From contig CBDBHR010000030.1 in assembly GCA_965205865.1 (NCBI GenBank), positions 64,001-128,000 on the forward strand: a stretch of 64,000 nt of DNA. Reading direction: 5' to 3'. Both the position numbers and the translations under genes were made by a program. This DNA is from a bacterium. GTDB taxonomy: Bacteria > SAR324 > NAC60-12. Under the pieces are notes generated by a model. The model worked only from the letters and a program-made list of their open reading frames with translations, was not told the DNA's origin and did not search any database. Positions 60,426 to 64,000 of this stretch are shown here, piece after piece; positions within the stretch are counted from its first letter, which is position 1; every line of letters starts with the position of its first letter.

Positions 60426-62270
60426 TTACTGGGTCCTGTCCTTCAACTCCTGGTCAATCCAGAGGCGGACAAGGACGTCATATTCCCTCACGTTTCCTAT
60501 GTGGAATTCACCATTAAAACCTTTCACCCACGGCTGGTTCACCTGATACTCTGGAGTAATAGGACTCCATACCTGAAAATGCTGCTTTATGAGATACCCG
60601 TCAAACGCCTTAAACGCCTTCACTCGCTCCTCCTCGGTGGTAGCGGCCTGAAAGGCATCATAGGCGGCGGTCAGCTCAGGGGTATCGATTTGGCCCACTA
60701 ACTCCTTGCAACCCCACGTACAGTTTATGCGGTACAAGCTTACCCACCAGGCAGGGTCGGAAGGAAAACCCAGGTTGCCAGAGCTCATCTCATAAACCTC
60801 TGTATTCTTACGTTCTACCCAAGTGGGAGTGTCCATTACAGTGGTCTCTACATCAACACCGATTTCAGCCCAGTAGCCGGTCACTATTTCTACATAACCA
60901 AAATCATAGGCGTTGCGAAAGTCAAAGGTGACCTTGAGTCGAACGCCGTCTGCGCCGCGCGGATACCCAGCCTCCTCGAGGAGCTTCTCAGCACCTGCCG
61001 GGTCATAGGTATAGTATTGCTTGATCTCTTCGGGAAACTCTTCAAATGGGGTGACATACCCCGGGACGGAAATCCCTCCCATCGGCTCCACACTTGCAAA
61101 ACCGCCATAGTAGGTGTCGTTAATCGTCTCGAGGTCCAATGCCATCTGCATGGCGCGCCGCACCCTGATGTCATCAAAGGGTGGCTTGCGCACGTTCATA
61201 ATCTGGGTTAAATCCGTACGCTGGAAATAGTTGCTCACCTGGAGGTCGGGGTCGGTCCGCTGGAGGCTCCTTATAACATCGAGGATTTTTATAGCAACGC
61301 CTTGGCCGGCGCCATGTATGATATCAACCTTACCCGTGCGTAGGGCCGATACGCGGGTTGCTTCTTCGGCCATGAACAGGCTCCTTAGCTGGTCAATATA
61401 GGGCAGGCGGTTCTCCGGGTATTTTTCGTCGTGGCGCCAATAGTCAGGATTCCGGACATGGGTTTTGGAGACGCCTTCGACAGATTCTTTCAGCATAATG
61501 GGCCCGGTGCCGACCACGTTTCGCCAATCCTCATAGTTGCCGTATTTGTCGATTACCTCCCGGGGTAATATGAACATCGAAACGTCTTGGAGGATAGCCC
61601 TCAGCGCATCGAGAGATGGCTTCGTCATCTTCATAACAATCGTATATTTGTCGCTGGCCTCTATCGATTCCCATGGCAGGTTGGCCGCATCGTATTTCCT
61701 GACGGAAGGTTCGGTGAATTCGCCCATCCCGAGATTCCGCTGAAAGGAGTAGACCACGTCGGCAGCGGTTAGCTCGCGACCATTTACGAGCCGGCTGGCC
61801 TCACTGTCCGGATCGAGAGCGAAGTGAACCCCCTGGCGGATGTGGAAGATGTAAGTCAGTGGGTCGGGCGTTTCCCAACTTTCCGCCAACTGCCCGGTTA
61901 TGGCAAAATCAGGGAGATAAGTAGTTCTAAAGTCAAACTTGTCTCTGGCTATTCCCCAGTCGCCCCAGGCGAGCCTCTCATTCACGCTACCGATGCCGGC
62001 GGAGGCCGGAAGGTGGCCAGTAAGAAAGGGGTCTGTGCCAACGTTTTTATTTTGGTAGGGATAAGTTAACGTCCCGCCATACTCCGGCGCGGTCACGACC
62101 TTACCCGTGCTGGGGTCCGTCACATACTTCTGGGCTGCAGCCGGGCTGACCCAGAAAGCGGTCACCATCAGGGTGATGGTGAGCAATAATGATTGCAGTT
62201 TTGCAGCAGACCAGGCGCCTGCCGGGTTCAGCCCCACGAGGGAGGCGACAAGTTTCTTTAGAATACCCAT
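60426..62270 (-). CDS. Family-5 ABC substrate-binding protein (intact; start uncertain, ORF extends to 62456)
   Basis: PEYGGTL, GQLAESWE, VGTGP, PFDDIRVRRAMQMALD. Confidence 0.9.
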   Translation of the reverse strand: MGILKKLVASLVGLNPAGAWSAAKLQSLLLTITLMVTAFWVSPAAAQKYVTDPSTGKVVTAPEYGGTLTYPYQNKNVGTDPFLTGHLPASAGIGSVNERLAWGDWGIARDKFDFRTTYLPDFAITGQLAESWETPDPLTYIFHIRQGVHFALDPDSEASRLVNGRELTAADVVYSFQRNLGMGEFTEPSVRKYDAANLPWESIEASDKYTIVMKMTKPSLDALRAILQDVSMFILPREVIDKYGNYEDWRNVVGTGPIMLKESVEGVSKTHVRNPDYWRHDEKYPENRLPYIDQLRSLFMAEEATRVSALRTGKVDIIHGAGQGVAIKILDVIRSLQRTDPDLQVSNYFQRTDLTQIMNVRKPPFDDIRVRRAMQMALDLETINDTYYGGFASVEPMGGISVPGYVTPFEEFPEEIKQYYTYDPAGAEKLLEEAGYPRGADGVRLKVTFDFRNAYDFGYVEIVTGYWAEIGVDVETTVMDTPTWVERKNTEVYEMSSGNLGFPSDPAWWVSLYRINCTWGCKELVGQIDTPELTAAYDAFQAATTEEERVKAFKAFDGYLIKQHFQVWSPITPEYQVNQPWVKGFNGEFHIGNVREYDVLVRLWIDQELKDRTQ

Positions 62271-62490
62271 AGAAACCTCTTTCAATTGAGGGTGAAGAGA
62301 ATGATTCACCCGCCCTGGGGCGAATCGGATCCCCGCTCCCCGCTTTCGCGGGGACAAGTTTGCGAGGACAAGTTTTTGTACAGCAGACACGACGTCTGCC
62401 ACGATCAGCCCCACTAAAGAGGTGAGACATAACGAAAACGATGTTTTCTGTTTCATAATATTACTCCATCATTTCAGATTAAAAATTTTG

Positions 62491-62834
62491 GTAACTATTC
62501 AGGTCTCTGAAAAACCCGTTTAGTTCAATATCGGTGAAAAAAGATTCCCGGGGAGGATCGATCGTTTTCAATTCCTCTCACGATATTGTTCAATCGATCG
62601 AGCGGGAACCCCCTCTTTCACCAAAACAACTTAGCGAAAGCATGATTCTAGCACTACTACTACGCAATGTCTACCCCCGGCTGTAAAATAAATGCGGGAT
62701 TCGCAAAAAAAAATCAATAAATCTGCTCAAATCCGGGGACAGTCAGAAGCCGTTCAGTTCAATAACGTTGAAAAAAGATTCCCGGGAAGGATCCATTACT
62801 TCACTTCCTCCCGCACCTATTTTGAATCGAGCGG
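62491..62834 (-). mobile_element. Isolated IS66 right-end fragment with 1.5 RNA units
   Basis: TIR gtaactattcaggtctctg; inverted homolog of 20110-20456; TAGACA-17-TAGAAT promoter at 62673-62645. Confidence 0.8.
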
Positions 62835-63050
62835 TGAGAAAGATAGAATTTTTTTGCGCAAAGGGTGTCTTCATCACTCAAAAGAATTGAATTTGCGATT
62901 GCAGGTGTGCTACAAACTATTTTTCTTTCAGTCAGTTCTGAGCAAGCAAATGGTACCGTTATTTGCACGAGGTCCAATTGGGCTTCTTGTTTTTGTGATG
63001 GTTGTTGCTTACAGAATCACGGTAAAAACATTCATAAAAAGGAATAATAT

Positions 63051-64000
63051 ATGAAAAAAACATGGATATTGATTAGTTTGCTTTTGTTTTTCTCAGCACA
63101 AATTTGGGCCGAAACGAAGGTTGCTCTTATTTTTGATGCAGGTGGAAAATTTGACAAGAGCTTCAATCAATCTGCCTGGGAAGGGGCAGTGAAAGCGAGA
63201 GATGAATTGGGAATCACGCTCAAAGACGTGGAACCCGGAGACACGAGTGCCATTGAAGAAGCGTTCCGCGCTTTTGCAGGGCAAGGTTACGACATACTAT
63301 TTGGTATTGGTTTTGCCAATGCGCCCAGTGTGGAGAAAGTGGCATTGGAATTCCCCAATGTCAATTTTGCCATCGTGGACAGTGTTGTTGATTTGCCAAA
63401 TGTGGCTTCTTTGGTTTTCAAGGAGCATGAAGGATCTTTTCTGGTCGGCATGATTGCCGCTATGCGTTCCCGTGAAATCGATGGTCAACGAAAAGTGGGA
63501 TTCATCGGAGGGATGGATATTCCCTTGATTCATAAATTCGAGGATGGATATCGCCAAGGGGCGCAATTGGTCCAACCGGGTATTGAAGTGATTGCCAATT
63601 ACGTGGGAAACACCCCGACCGCCTGGAATGATCCCGCAAAAGCTAAAGAGATCGCCACTTCTCAAATCTCGAAAGGCGCTTCTGTCATTTATTCGGCTGC
63701 CGGTGCATCCGGAAATGGTTTGTTTGATGCCATCAAAGAAACCAATCCCAAAGGGCCGTGTCTACCCAAAACAGAAAATATGAACCGCATGGATTCTTGT
63801 GTCTATGCAATCGGAGTGGATGCCAATCAAAATTACATAATCCCCGGTCAGGTGCTGACCTCCATGCTCAAACGCGTCGACGTTGCCGTGTTCGAAACCA
63901 TCCGGCGCGTCGACGATGGTAGTTTCCAAGGGGGAATCAACGTCTTTGATTTGACAAACAATGGTGTGGGTTATGCCTTGGATGAGCATAATCGACCCCT
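63051..64000 (+). CDS. BMP family (PnrA/TmpC-like) ABC substrate-binding protein, partial
   Basis: MKKTWILISLLL..GGKFDKSFNQSAWEG..FKEHEGSFLVG..GFIGGMD..IGVDANQ..TSMLKRVD; runs off the window end. Confidence 0.9.
   Translation, partial: MKKTWILISLLLFFSAQIWAETKVALIFDAGGKFDKSFNQSAWEGAVKARDELGITLKDVEPGDTSAIEEAFRAFAGQGYDILFGIGFANAPSVEKVALEFPNVNFAIVDSVVDLPNVASLVFKEHEGSFLVGMIAAMRSREIDGQRKVGFIGGMDIPLIHKFEDGYRQGAQLVQPGIEVIANYVGNTPTAWNDPAKAKEIATSQISKGASVIYSAAGASGNGLFDAIKETNPKGPCLPKTENMNRMDSCVYAIGVDANQNYIIPGQVLTSMLKRVDVAVFETIRRVDDGSFQGGINVFDLTNNGVGYALDEHNRP

Overview
Bacterial accessory region in heavy flux, with no rRNA, tRNA or CRISPR array seen. (1) Several paralogous peptide/nickel-type ABC clusters (family-5 solute-binding protein plus two permeases, never an ATPase), most broken by stops, frameshifts or deletions. 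(2) A catabolic block (VOC, aldo/keto reductase, DUF1349-like, amidase, AKR, Uma2, SDR) present in 2-3 mosaic copies that are trimmed and re-joined at short microhomologies. (3) IS66, IS1595, IS1380 and IS1182 elements with readable TIRs and target duplications, plus IS5, RAYT, GIY-YIG and group II intron remnants and three REP-like palindrome families. (4) Toxin-antitoxin modules (DUF4160/DUF2442, HicAB, PIN, MNT-HEPN), some followed by attC-like sites with no integrase in the window. (5) Metabolic genes: PEP-utilizing RPH-like kinase, serine hydrolase, class-III aminotransferase with a DMF-amidase-like gene, SDRs and a BMP protein. The best novelty candidate is a single-ORF IS66 (16812-20456, 8-bp TSD) whose right end carries a tandem array of ~270-bp units. 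Each unit has a sigma70-like promoter, a structured ~100-135 nt RNA with compensatory stems and shuffled hairpin modules, and a U-tract. The same unit recurs next to IS66-type ends at 5011 and 62491. All family assignments are by motif recognition, not database search, and some single-base frameshifts could be sequencing errors.
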